A DNA stretch of 46,357 bases from the NCBI GenBank assembly GCA_030429935.1, contig JAUIGH010000001.1:1-46357 (forward strand). The letters are read 5' to 3'. Position 1 is the stretch's first letter. Each line of letters starts with the position of its first letter. Both the position numbers and the translations under genes were made by a program. This DNA is from a bacterium (GTDB lineage: Bacteria > Patescibacteriota > Saccharimonadia > Saccharimonadales > Saccharimonadaceae). Below are positions 1 to 9,600 of this stretch, piece by piece. Under the pieces are notes generated by a model that did not search any database, was not told where the DNA came from, and worked only from the letters and a program-made list of their open reading frames with translations.

Positions 1-261
<261 letters not shown>

Positions 262-272
262 GGTAGCCACTC

Positions 273-695
273 GTGAAGCTGCAACTGGTTACACTGACTG
301 GCACTAAACTCGACGCTGATGTGTATGAGGTAATATTGCCGACGGCCGAGGGCGAAATCGGTGTCTTTCCAGATCACGAACCGCTCATAACGCTGGCGAC
401 GCCGGGTGTCATCCAGGTCCGCACGCAAAAGTCGGATCCAGATGACCGCATGGACATCTACGCGATCGGCGGCGGTGTGATAAAGATCGATGCGGATGGT
501 ATCCGGGTCTTAGTCGACGAAGCTGATCACAGCAGTGAGATCACCGAAGCCGAAGCCCAAAAAGCTCTGGAGCGTGCTCAAGCTATGAAAGCTGAAGCCA
601 AAGACCAAGTCGAGCTGGAAAAAGCTTCAGCGCTGGTCGACCGCCACGCCGTGCGATTAAAAGTAGCTGACTTGAAACGTCGTCGACGACACTAG
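273..695 (+). CDS. atpC: F0F1 ATP synthase subunit epsilon
   Basis: GTG start; LPTAEGEIGVFPDHEPLIT motif and C-terminal helical hairpin; directly after atpD. Confidence 0.95.
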   Translation: MKLQLVTLTGTKLDADVYEVILPTAEGEIGVFPDHEPLITLATPGVIQVRTQKSDPDDRMDIYAIGGGVIKIDADGIRVLVDEADHSSEITEAEAQKALERAQAMKAEAKDQVELEKASALVDRHAVRLKVADLKRRRRH

Positions 696-702
696 AATAT
701 TC

Positions 703-1584
703 ATGCGCGAGCAACAATTCCATAATGCAGAGATGACTATGAATTTTGTGACATCACTTGGCAGTGCCGCTAATGGTTCGATCGAACCGAAATTTAAACA
801 ACATGAAAAAACTCCAGAAGTAAAAGAGCGAGTTGCAAATGGCGAGTTCTTACGGAAGGTAGATCATCAAATCATCTGTGGATGCATAGATGGCCGTTGC
901 GGCGGACAGCTACGTGTATCTTCAGCCGGCGGCACCATATCATTGATGGTGATGGATGATCTGACCACTAAGCGGTTTGCTGGTGAAGATGGCTCAACTC
1001 GTCAGGCATTAGGTAATGTTGTTGGCCACTTGCAGTCAAGTGGCTATGAGGTTGGTGGCCACACCGATGATCACGCTGCGGGCGAAAAAACTGGCTGTGG
1101 GGCGAACGATAAGTTGCCGACTATCTATTCGATGATGGTCTCGCAAGCTGCTGTGATTCGTCAGGTAGCTGAGAAAATGTCGGGCAAATCAATTGATGAT
1201 TCGGTACACAATAGTATTATTCGACAAGCATTCGCTAGAGGCTCATTTTCACCGAGTACAGACCTACGTGATGTATTGAACCAAGCCGATCAGAAAAAAC
1301 CAGCTCTCGACGAACTTCGAGGCAAACATAACGAAGTAGTCATATTAGTCAATACACGTTATGGTACGACCCTCGATCACCAGGCGCTTGAAGACGAATA
1401 TGGCCCCGACTATGAAGCATTCTGCGTGGATGCATGGGCATTTGATGCTTCCGCTTGTGCACTAGCCGAAGATCCTAATGACGAGCTAGAAATTGAAGAA
1501 AAAATTGTTGCCCTCACCTACTATAATCTCGCAACCGCATTGACATTGTGTGGGCCAAAAATGGAAGTTGTAACATCGCAATAA
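703..1584 (+). CDS. Putative carbonic anhydrase, cadmium/zeta (CDCA)-like
   Basis: CIDGR...GG, then GGHTDDH...GCGA, giving the Cys/His/Cys metal-ligand pattern. The true start may be a slightly later ATG. Confidence 0.6.
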   Translation: MREQQFHNAEMTMNFVTSLGSAANGSIEPKFKQHEKTPEVKERVANGEFLRKVDHQIICGCIDGRCGGQLRVSSAGGTISLMVMDDLTTKRFAGEDGSTRQALGNVVGHLQSSGYEVGGHTDDHAAGEKTGCGANDKLPTIYSMMVSQAAVIRQVAEKMSGKSIDDSVHNSIIRQAFARGSFSPSTDLRDVLNQADQKKPALDELRGKHNEVVILVNTRYGTTLDHQALEDEYGPDYEAFCVDAWAFDASACALAEDPNDELEIEEKIVALTYYNLATALTLCGPKMEVVTSQ

Positions 1585-1629
1585 TCATCTTGCGCTCGCT
1601 GAGCGCTGGCGCTAGACTAAATACAGATT

Positions 1630-3735
1630 ATGCTCTCCTCTGAATGGATATTGGCGTTATTTACGTTGCTCGCCCTGTCGGCGGGCGTGTATTTGCTATC
1701 CCAGCGCACACGGGTTCCATACACGCTGATGCTGGTATTCATCGGCTTGATATTGGTGCCGCTGGCTCAGGTGCCGGTGATCGGTCGGCCATTTACGTTT
1801 TTGGCTGAACTGCGATTGACGCCTGAGCTGCTGTTCTTGTTTTTCTTGCCGATGCTGATTTTTGAATCGGCGTTCAATATGGATATCCGCAAGATGCTCG
1901 ACAATGCCTGGACGATCACGCTGCTGGCGGTGGTCGGGCTATTGCTGTCAACATTCGGTATTGCCGCCGCGCTGTTTGTGCTATTACCGCTAGTCGGTAT
2001 CGAATTGCCGTTTGTCGTCGCGTTGCTATTTGGAGCCGTGATCTCGGCGACTGATCCGGTGGCGGTCTTGTCGTTGTTCAAGGAAATCGGCGCCCCGCGG
2101 CGGCTATCGATGATATTCGAAGGAGAAAGTCTGTTCAACGATGGTACGGCCGTCGCACTGTTTCTGGTCGTACTCGGTATTGTCCAGAGTGGGTTTGACG
2201 GGGCTGGGACGGTCGTCGATGGCGCTGGGTTGTTCCTGCAAATGGTTGGGCTCGGCATTGTATTTGGCTTGATCATGGCCGGTGTATTTACTGTTATCGT
2301 TCGTGCAGTCCGGGCCAATCCTTTCGTTTCGGCTACACTGCTGTTGGTGTCGTCGCACATCGTCTTTATCACCAGCGAATTGATCACAGAACATGGGCTA
2401 TTCGGTATGAATCTGTCGATCTCGTCGATCATCGCTACAACGATTGCTGGACTGTTCCTCGGAAATTATGCGCGCCACACGCTGACCGCTACCAGTGAGG
2501 ATTATCTAGGTAAAGTCACCGAACATTTCGCCTTCATGGCCAACTCGCTGGTGTTTATCCTGGCTGGTCTGCTCTTTGCGTCGTCAGGCATCGATTTTGG
2601 CAGTTTGATTGCGCCGATACTCATCACTGTCGCGGTCGTCATGGTTGTGCGGGCGCTGAGTGTGTTTGCGGTCACTCGTCCGATCCGGGTGCTTCGCTTG
2701 GAGCGCTCGATACCATTTAGCTGGGAGCTGTTGCTGTCGTGGGGCAGTCTGCGCGGTGCGCTCGCCATCATCGTGGTGCTACTGATCCCAGAAAACCTGA
2801 CCGTTATGAGCGGCGAGACCGAATACATCGTACGCGACTTACTACTAGCGCTGACGGTAGGCTGCATCTTGGTGACGTTGTTTATCAAAGCGCCGCTCAT
2901 CCCGTACTTGATCCGTAAGCTGCATATCAACGATCCCGAGCCGCTGGAACGGGCGCTCAATGCCGACCTGGGTATCTACTATTTGCTGGTTGCCAAATCC
3001 CGCCTGGGTACGCACCGGACGCGCGGATTTGTGCGCGAAGACGACTTTACCGACCTGGTGGCATCGCTCGACAAACGCCTCGACACCGCAGCGTCGGAGC
3101 GGTTTGCGCTGATATCTCGCCACGGCAAAAAAGTTTTTGAGCAGTCGCTGCATCTGATCGCTATCAACAGCGAAGAACATACGCTGAAGCAGCTCTATAC
3201 CAACGACGAAATTTCCGAGAGTGTCTACCGCAAGCTGATCGGCAAGCTCCACCTGCAGCGTGAAAAGATCGAAGCCGCCCAGCATGACACCATCGATCCG
3301 TCCAAATATTCCGACCAAAAAGATATCTTCGATGCGCTGGTGCGTTGGCTCAACCGCTTGATCCGTCGTCAGGTCACCGCTGACACCACGATCGGCAAGT
3401 TGCAATATTACCGCGCCCAGATGATTATGGCGCGCAAAGTCACTAAAGCCTTGGGCCTAATGCAAAAAGAAGCCGTCGAGGGCGTCTTCGTGCCAGAGAT
3501 TTATGACAAAGTCATCGCCCGCTACGACGGCTATCGCAGCCAAAACGCCGCCAAAGTCGACCGGATGCTCGAGCAGCACCCCGATGAATTATCACCATAC
3601 TTGGCGACGCTCGCCGGCCGGGCGCTCGATGCGTCTGGTGGCCGTGCGCTAGAATATCTTGAGACGCGAGGTCTGGTGGATGAGCACACCGAGGCTCGGG
3701 TGCGCGAAGTCTACGGCAGCTACGCTACCAAGTAA
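1630..3735 (+). CDS. Na+/H+ antiporter, CPA1 (NhaP-like) family, with a long cytoplasmic C-terminal tail
   Basis: About 12 hydrophobic segments; motifs ISATDPVAVL, EGESLFNDG and WGSLRGAL. Confidence 0.92.
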   Translation: MLSSEWILALFTLLALSAGVYLLSQRTRVPYTLMLVFIGLILVPLAQVPVIGRPFTFLAELRLTPELLFLFFLPMLIFESAFNMDIRKMLDNAWTITLLAVVGLLLSTFGIAAALFVLLPLVGIELPFVVALLFGAVISATDPVAVLSLFKEIGAPRRLSMIFEGESLFNDGTAVALFLVVLGIVQSGFDGAGTVVDGAGLFLQMVGLGIVFGLIMAGVFTVIVRAVRANPFVSATLLLVSSHIVFITSELITEHGLFGMNLSISSIIATTIAGLFLGNYARHTLTATSEDYLGKVTEHFAFMANSLVFILAGLLFASSGIDFGSLIAPILITVAVVMVVRALSVFAVTRPIRVLRLERSIPFSWELLLSWGSLRGALAIIVVLLIPENLTVMSGETEYIVRDLLLALTVGCILVTLFIKAPLIPYLIRKLHINDPEPLERALNADLGIYYLLVAKSRLGTHRTRGFVREDDFTDLVASLDKRLDTAASERFALISRHGKKVFEQSLHLIAINSEEHTLKQLYTNDEISESVYRKLIGKLHLQREKIEAAQHDTIDPSKYSDQKDIFDALVRWLNRLIRRQVTADTTIGKLQYYRAQMIMARKVTKALGLMQKEAVEGVFVPEIYDKVIARYDGYRSQNAAKVDRMLEQHPDELSPYLATLAGRALDASGGRALEYLETRGLVDEHTEARVREVYGSYATK

Positions 3736-3738
3736 ACG

Positions 3739-4683
3739 CTAGGCTTCGTTGTATATGCTGGTGTCGGTGTCAAAGTTTTCGTCGAACAATGATGGAGATG
3801 ACGACGGAGTCTCTCCGGTCGCTGCAAGCAGTGCAAATGCCGCGATCGCAGCCAATACCAGCAAGTAGTTCAGTGGGTCAGTCGATTGTTTGGTCAGAGC
3901 GCCAGCGTGCGCCAGTGCTGACTGATGGTAACGAAAATACAATGGTGCTGAAGCCAGGACGTTGAGCAAGCCGAGGGCGACGTAAACGATTAAAACAATG
4001 ATAATAGTCGCCACATCTGGTAATCCTGTTGCGGCTGCGGCGGTCAGTGTAGCTGCAGCAGTGGCGAGCGATACGATAACTACCGCTGCCGATCCGGCGC
4101 CAATAATGTCCCACAGGTGACCAGACGTCAGTTTGAACGAACGTTTGATAGCGTCGATAGCACCGATGTCTTCGTTGGCGATGATCGCGTTCATGTACGC
4201 CAAGCGAAGAGCGATATATATGCCAGGCACGATCAGTAGGATAAAGCCAGCGATGATCATCAGGCCAGCTAGTATGTTAGCTACGATGTACGTAAATAGT
4301 CGCTGCAACCCACGGCGAAGTGCCGCGAGTATAGGCGTTTTCTGCATATTTTGGGCTTGGACATACATGTAGTCGACGGCGACATTGACGACGAAGATGC
4401 CAAACACAAATACAATTCCGACCAAAAACAGCGCGACACTGATCGTCGGTGCGACCACATCGCTCGCGGTGCTGTTGTCGCCAGTGACGAAGCTGAGAAA
4501 GCTGACGCCCGCAAAGCCCATAATTAGACCGAACCCGACGACGATAAAGCCGAGCACCATTGCGATCATCCGCCACAGATTAGTACGGTATATGCGGCGG
4601 ACGCTTTCCATAAACGCAGTGATAGGTTGCGAGACGTATGTTTCGTTTTCGATTGGTTGATTGATGACGCGGTCGGTGCTCAC
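3739..4683 (-). CDS. Integral membrane protein of unknown function
   Basis: 314-aa ORF with several TM segments and a GFILLIVPGIY...GAIDAIKRSFKLTSG motif seen in a widespread membrane protein family. Confidence 0.75.
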   Translation of the reverse strand: MSTDRVINQPIENETYVSQPITAFMESVRRIYRTNLWRMIAMVLGFIVVGFGLIMGFAGVSFLSFVTGDNSTASDVVAPTISVALFLVGIVFVFGIFVVNVAVDYMYVQAQNMQKTPILAALRRGLQRLFTYIVANILAGLMIIAGFILLIVPGIYIALRLAYMNAIIANEDIGAIDAIKRSFKLTSGHLWDIIGAGSAAVVIVSLATAAATLTAAAATGLPDVATIIIVLIVYVALGLLNVLASAPLYFRYHQSALAHAGALTKQSTDPLNYLLVLAAIAAFALLAATGETPSSSPSLFDENFDTDTSIYNEA

Positions 4684-4716
4684 TGCTCGGCTCCTCTGGA
4701 GTTAGTTGTATGCGCT

Positions 4717-5679
4717 CTAGTGTACGCTAGTCGTGTCGATGTGCGCAATAACCGCGCGCGCCTCGTCGGTGCTGGTGGTGTGCATCAATTGATCGCGCAC
4801 GGCTGCGGCGCCATCAAAATCGCGTACATAGATTTTATAGAATCGCTTCAATGTTTCGTACGGCCGGCCAGTTTTCTCACTCCAGATGTCATATAGATCG
4901 AGATGAAGCTGGAGAAGATCGATCAGGTCTCTTGTCGTGTGAGTTGTGTCCAGTGAAGCAAACGCAAACGGGTCATGAAACACGCCGCGACCGATCATGA
5001 CACCGTTGACCCCAGGATTGTCGCGGATGAGTTGCTCGCCGTGTGCCCTGTCCACGATATCGCCGTTGATGGTCAGCAAGGTATCCGGTGCGATCTCATC
5101 ACGTAACGCCACGATGTCTGGGATCAGCTCATGATGAGCCGGGACTTTGCTCATCTCTTTTTTGGTTCGCAAGTGGATCGTCAAGTTGACGATGTCTTGA
5201 GAGAGCAGTGTGGTCAGCCAGTCGCGCCACTCGTCGACGCGGGTGTAGCCGAGTCGGGTTTTGACACTGACCGGCAGGCCGGCGGTTTTGGCGGCTTTGA
5301 TACTAGCGATGGCGAGTTCTGGCTTGCGGATCAGGGCTGAGCCGCCGGATTTAATCGCTGACTTGGCTGGGCAGCCCATGTTGATATCGATGCCATCAAA
5401 GCCGAGCTCACGGCAATGCACCGCCAGTTGCTCCATGTCGCCTGGTTCCCCGCCCCAGATCTGAGCGATGATCGGCTGTTCGTCGTCGGTTTTGATCAAA
5501 CGGCCACCGATGGCTTTTTCGCCTGCGTGTACCCAGCCCGTGGCGTTGGTAAATTCGCTGTACCACAGATCGGGCGGCGCAGCCTGAGCGATAACATGAC
5601 GAAAAATCACGTCAGTGACGGCTTCCATAGGTGCCAAGATAAAAAATGGCTGCGGGAGCTGTTGCCAAACAGTGTTCAT
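4717..5679 (-). CDS. dus: tRNA-dihydrouridine synthase
   Basis: Motifs LAPMEAVTD, DINMGCP, KTRLG, TIHLRT, NGDI and GVMIGRG. Start placed at the ATG at 5679 (or 5688); the ORF-track extension to 5895 runs through a terminator and structured non-coding DNA. Confidence 0.92.
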   Translation of the reverse strand: MNTVWQQLPQPFFILAPMEAVTDVIFRHVIAQAAPPDLWYSEFTNATGWVHAGEKAIGGRLIKTDDEQPIIAQIWGGEPGDMEQLAVHCRELGFDGIDINMGCPAKSAIKSGGSALIRKPELAIASIKAAKTAGLPVSVKTRLGYTRVDEWRDWLTTLLSQDIVNLTIHLRTKKEMSKVPAHHELIPDIVALRDEIAPDTLLTINGDIVDRAHGEQLIRDNPGVNGVMIGRGVFHDPFAFASLDTTHTTRDLIDLLQLHLDLYDIWSEKTGRPYETLKRFYKIYVRDFDGAAAVRDQLMHTTSTDEARAVIAHIDTTSVH

Positions 5680-5703
5680 TGGTTTCATTATCTCATACAT
5701 GGG

Positions 5704-5728
5704 AAAAGCCCGCGATTGCTCGCGGGCT
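5704..5728 (-). terminator. Intrinsic terminator closing the candidate large ncRNA
   Basis: 9-bp stem AGCCCGCGA/TCGCGGGCT with a 4-nt loop, followed by TTTT on the minus strand. Confidence 0.65.
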
Positions 5729-6270
5729 ACAGTGTGGGGAGGACGGGCATAGTCCTCACTTTGAATATCGATCAGTCTGATTATGGCGGTGGGAATCAGA
5801 ATGAGATTCAGACAAAGGATCGACCTGATCGGTCGGCGATCACCCTGGGTTGATATCGTATACGGCTGCACTGTTTCCACCTCGTGGTATCTCATGAGAG
5901 ATATTGACGAGACAGTGCCCTGGTTCGCGAGAAAAGCTCGCGGCGCCAGATACCGGCATCGATATCGATGTGTTTGGCTGAATGTGCTCTAGAAGTGCCA
6001 CCCTGCTGTGTTTTCCAGGCACAGCAGGGTGGCTCGTGCGCAGCATGTTGCGACAGAGGCCTTGATCCTCGGTCGAACTTGCGCACGGGCGCGGGGTGTC
6101 CCTTCCCGCGATTACACCAGCCAGACCGGGTAGATGGAGGAGCCCCGACCTGGCTGGCGGCTTTAGGTGCCGGGTGGCAAGCGTAGGTGCGACGAGGCAC
6201 TTGGCTCACTTCACCACCCGGCGGGGTCATGGGACCCCGGTCGCATAGCCCCGACGGCGTATACGACCAG

Positions 6271-6342
6271 AGGACATGTCGGGAATCGAACCCGAGACCT
6301 ATACCCTGGTAGGGCAACGCTCTGCCACTGAGCTACATGTCC
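6271..6342 (-). tRNA. tRNA-like cloverleaf, anticodon ACC (Gly), no encoded CCA
   Basis: Minus strand reads GGACATG TA GCTC AGTGGCA GAGC G TTGCC CTACCAG GGTAT AGGTC TCGGG TTCGATT CCCGA CATGTCC T: perfect acceptor, D and T stems and an imperfect anticodon stem. Confidence 0.8.
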
Positions 6343-6635
6343 GAGGCCAGCCGGTGTGTCGGCTGGCAAATTTTACTTCAACACCTCCTTTCCGCAGTGA
6401 CAGCATTTGTAGCCGTCACTGCTTTGCAGGTCCAGACCATTGTAGTAGATGGTCTGGAAGCATTTGCCGCAGCTGGACTCGGTTATCCAAAGTCCCTGCG
6501 GCTTCGCCGAGGTATGGGTGTAGGTGTAGGCGTCCACCTCCCTTCAAAGGTGAATTCAAGCACATTCTGTCAATGAACAACTCCACACGCGGAGCAGTCA
6601 AAGACTTCAATGCTACACGAATAGAATTATAAATT

Positions 6636-6664
6636 ACTTTATCAGCTACAAGTGTATTTGTCAA
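6636..6664 (-). promoter_or_regulatory. Sigma70-type promoter for the candidate ncRNA
   Basis: Minus strand TTGACA (6664-6659), 17-nt spacer, TAAAGT (6641-6636), with a TATAAT just downstream; overlaps the end of the helicase gene. Confidence 0.65.
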
Positions 6665-9600
6665 TAATGTCCGCTTCGTATTGTTGGATGCCCCGTAAAT
6701 TTTGCTCATAGCCCGACACGTCCGGTAGGTTGAGCGTGGTGATACACTCCCAGACGCCAGCGATCAGACGACGAAATTCTGCTAGCTCATCAGAACTAAA
6801 TGATTGCTCGAGCGCTAAGATATCGCCGCTCTGTGTCGGCTCGACAAACTGCAGGACTCCCCCATCGAACTGGTAGTTGGTATAATCACGCGAGTTTTCG
6901 ACCAGCAGTTGGTAAAACATCAGTTGCTGACGATAGCGATGCAGTTTCATCTTTTCGTACTCGGTTTTGCCGCGCCAATCACGGCTGGGTTTGCCGGTTT
7001 TGTAGTCGGTGACGCGAATGGTTTTTGCCGTAGTATCTATGTCTACTAGGTCGAGTGCGCCGGTCAGCCGAGCATCGCCGACTACGACGTCTTGGCCACC
7101 AAAGCCGAGCTCGGTTTGCTGCGACGTGTCGAAGCTGTCATAGCGGTCGGCCAAAAACGCGCTCAGCGAATCGATGCCGCGTGCCAGGTAGGTGTCAAAT
7201 TCGTGCTCTGGCAGGTGCTGGTCGCCCAGGATGCGTTCGTAATCGCCCAGTATGTCTTCGACTGGACGTTTGCTGCCGGTCGCGCGGTAGGTGTCGTGCG
7301 CGCGCTGCAGCGTAGCGTGGATAGCGGTGCCGAATTGGGCCGAAGCGGATTTGGCCTGCGGAAAGCGCAGTAGGTTGCTCAGCAAGAAATGTTGCGGTCC
7401 ACCGCGTGTGACATCGAGGAAATTGCCTAGGTGGGTGGCGGATAGTTTGTAGCGCTCGAGTGTCGGCGCCAGCAGCTGACGCATATCGCTAGTCATCGGG
7501 CGAGTCAACGTGCTACGCCAGTCCAGCGCGGTTTGCTCGGTCAGTGCTTCGATCGACGGTGTGCTGTCGGTCGTCTGTGGCGATAGTGACAAATCGGTCA
7601 AGAAGCTGGCGGCCAGTGTGGCCCGAGCATCGGCGGATTCCAGGCTGTAGCTGATATCCAGGCTAGCCCGCGCGCGAGTCATCGCCACGTAAAACAGCCG
7701 CAGTCGCTCGTCGTAGCTGTCGCCGACAGGCGCTAGCGGCAAATTGTGAGGATAACTAATCAAGCGCGAACGGCCACGCACCCGCTCGCCCCACATGCTA
7801 TCGATGGCGCCGACGATGTAGACATGATCAAATTCCAGACCTTTTGATTTATGAGCGGTCATCAGATTGATCCGGCCGGCCGATTGGTCGCTGCGGTGGC
7901 GGATGATGGTTAGCGGTGTGCCCAGTTCGCGGTGCATGGTGAGGTATTCCAGAAAAGCCTGGACCGTCGGCTCGTCATGTCCAGCGTGTTCGCGTACTCG
8001 GTCACGGATGGTGCGCAGGGCTTCGAGCGCGTCGAGGTACAGGTCGGGTTGAGTAGCGAGTTTATCAGAGCTGAAGAAATAGTTATAGAGCGGCGAGGTG
8101 AACGAGTGTGGTGCGTCTACAGCATCGTTGGTGTCGTCCAGCTCCACTCTTCCATCCTCACCATCTCGGCTGGCTTCGCGCCCAGAATCGACCACGGCTT
8201 CAGCGCGTGTCGTTTCTGGGGCTGCAGATAGCGCTCGATGGTTGAGGCTGTCAGAGTACAACTCACTCTCAGCCGCCCGCGAACCATCACTCGCCGAAGA
8301 CTCCACGTTCCCCGTGGAGCGCGAGTAAGATGATAGTAACTGGCGCTCGCGCGTGTCTGAGGAGAGTGGTGGTCGTGAGGTGGCGGAAATAGCCTGACTC
8401 GACCCAAGCACTTCATCAATCTGCTGCTCTAAGCTCTCGATGTGGATGGCGGCCGAGCGGATGATCAGCCAGTCAGCGAATGGTTTGAATACAGGATTGG
8501 CTTGCATCAATTCTAGCCACAGCTGGCGGTTGCGGTAGCTCGCCAGGCTGAGTTGGTAGATGTTGACGGGATCGTAGCCAAAAGCTGGGTGCGCCAATAT
8601 CTCGGGTAGTAGCGCATCGGCTTCGTCGTGGGCGTCACGGTGCAACGCGTCGATGATCAGCAGTAGGTGTTCGATCAGTCGGATGACATCGTGGCTGAGT
8701 GCGTCGTCACGGCGTTCGTAGTTGACGGCAATCCCCTGCTGCGCTAGATACGGCAACAGCGCCACCAATTCGTGGTGTCGGCGGGCAAAGACGGCGATCG
8801 ACTCTGGTTCCGCGCCGTCGTCTATGCGGGAGCGGATGGCGGCTGCGACAGCCTGGCGCTCGGCCAGCGCCGACGAATACTCGTGCAGCTGGACGGTTGA
8901 TTCGCCGCTGCGATGCGCTGTCAGTTCTTTGGACAAGCCGTCCATCGTCTGCTCCAGTCGATCAGTTCCTTGGGTGATGACAGCTCGAGAGTGCTCGAGC
9001 ACTGGCTGACCAGAGCGGTAATTATCGGTCAGCACGAGCACCGGTGGGTCATCATAGCGCACCCGAAAACTATGCACATTTGATGTATCTGCGCCCTGAA
9101 AACTATAAATCGCCTGATCGTCGTCGCCGACCGCCATGATGTTGGCGTCAGCGTCCGGTGCCAGTGTGTACAGCAGACGTAGCTGCGCCAGGCTCGTGTC
9201 TTGAAATTCGTCGACCATCAGATATAGGTATTTTTCCTGGATGTTAGCGCGCAAATCCGACTGGGTTTCGAGCGCGTGAATGACCTGCAGGATCATGTCG
9301 TCGTAATCATACAGACCGGCTTCTTCCATGCGGCGCATGTATTCGTAGTAGATATGGCTGAGGGCGCGGAGTTTGGTGTGGCGTCGGCGATCTTTGAAAA
9401 CAAAGGCGCCTTCGGAGTCTTTTTCGAGCCATGTGGCTTTCCAGGCGCTGATAGGCTTAGTACTGTCGGCTTCGGTGGCTTGGTCGACAGCTTGGGCGAT
9501 CGATAGTGCCAAGGTGTTGGCCAGCGGTGTGATGCCGGCAGGCAATGAGGGCTGCGGGATGTCGGCGACGGTCTGAGCGATCGGCGCCAGTTGCTCGGCG

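Larger units (their letters stand above)
5701..6630 (-). ncRNA. Candidate large (about 900 nt) structured ncRNA with an embedded tRNA-like domain (GOLLD-like or novel)
   Basis: No credible CDS. Near-continuous hairpins, e.g. 5997-6010/6020-6033 (14 bp perfect), 6431-6440/6449-6458, 6169-6177/6214-6222 and 6394-6401/6415-6422. Long-range complementarity 5980-5988/6559-6567. Promoter upstream and terminator downstream. Confidence 0.7.

Noticed and set aside
1767..3405. Long antisense ORFs opposite the antiporter, and similar shadows opposite other genes
   Set aside because: Typical antisense shadows of GC-rich coding sequence with no protein motifs.
5680..5895. N-terminal extension of Dus in the ORF track (392 aa)
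   Set aside because: It crosses a terminator and structured non-coding DNA, and the Dus motifs begin only after 5679.
5701..6630. Identification as RNase P RNA, tmRNA, an rRNA fragment or a group II intron
   Set aside because: I could not find the RNase P GAGGAAAGTCC motif, tmRNA termini, rRNA signatures or a complete domain V. Only a covariance-model search can exclude these fully.
5783..6709. Several short ORFs on both strands (e.g. 5892-6317, 6276-6632, 6416-6709)
   Set aside because: No recognisable motifs; they overlap a tRNA cloverleaf and dense hairpins and are best explained as chance frames in GC-rich structured DNA.
8104..8401. Intein in the helicase
   Set aside because: No C-terminal His-Asn, no LAGLIDADG motif, too short, and a free non-coding homolog exists at 36250.
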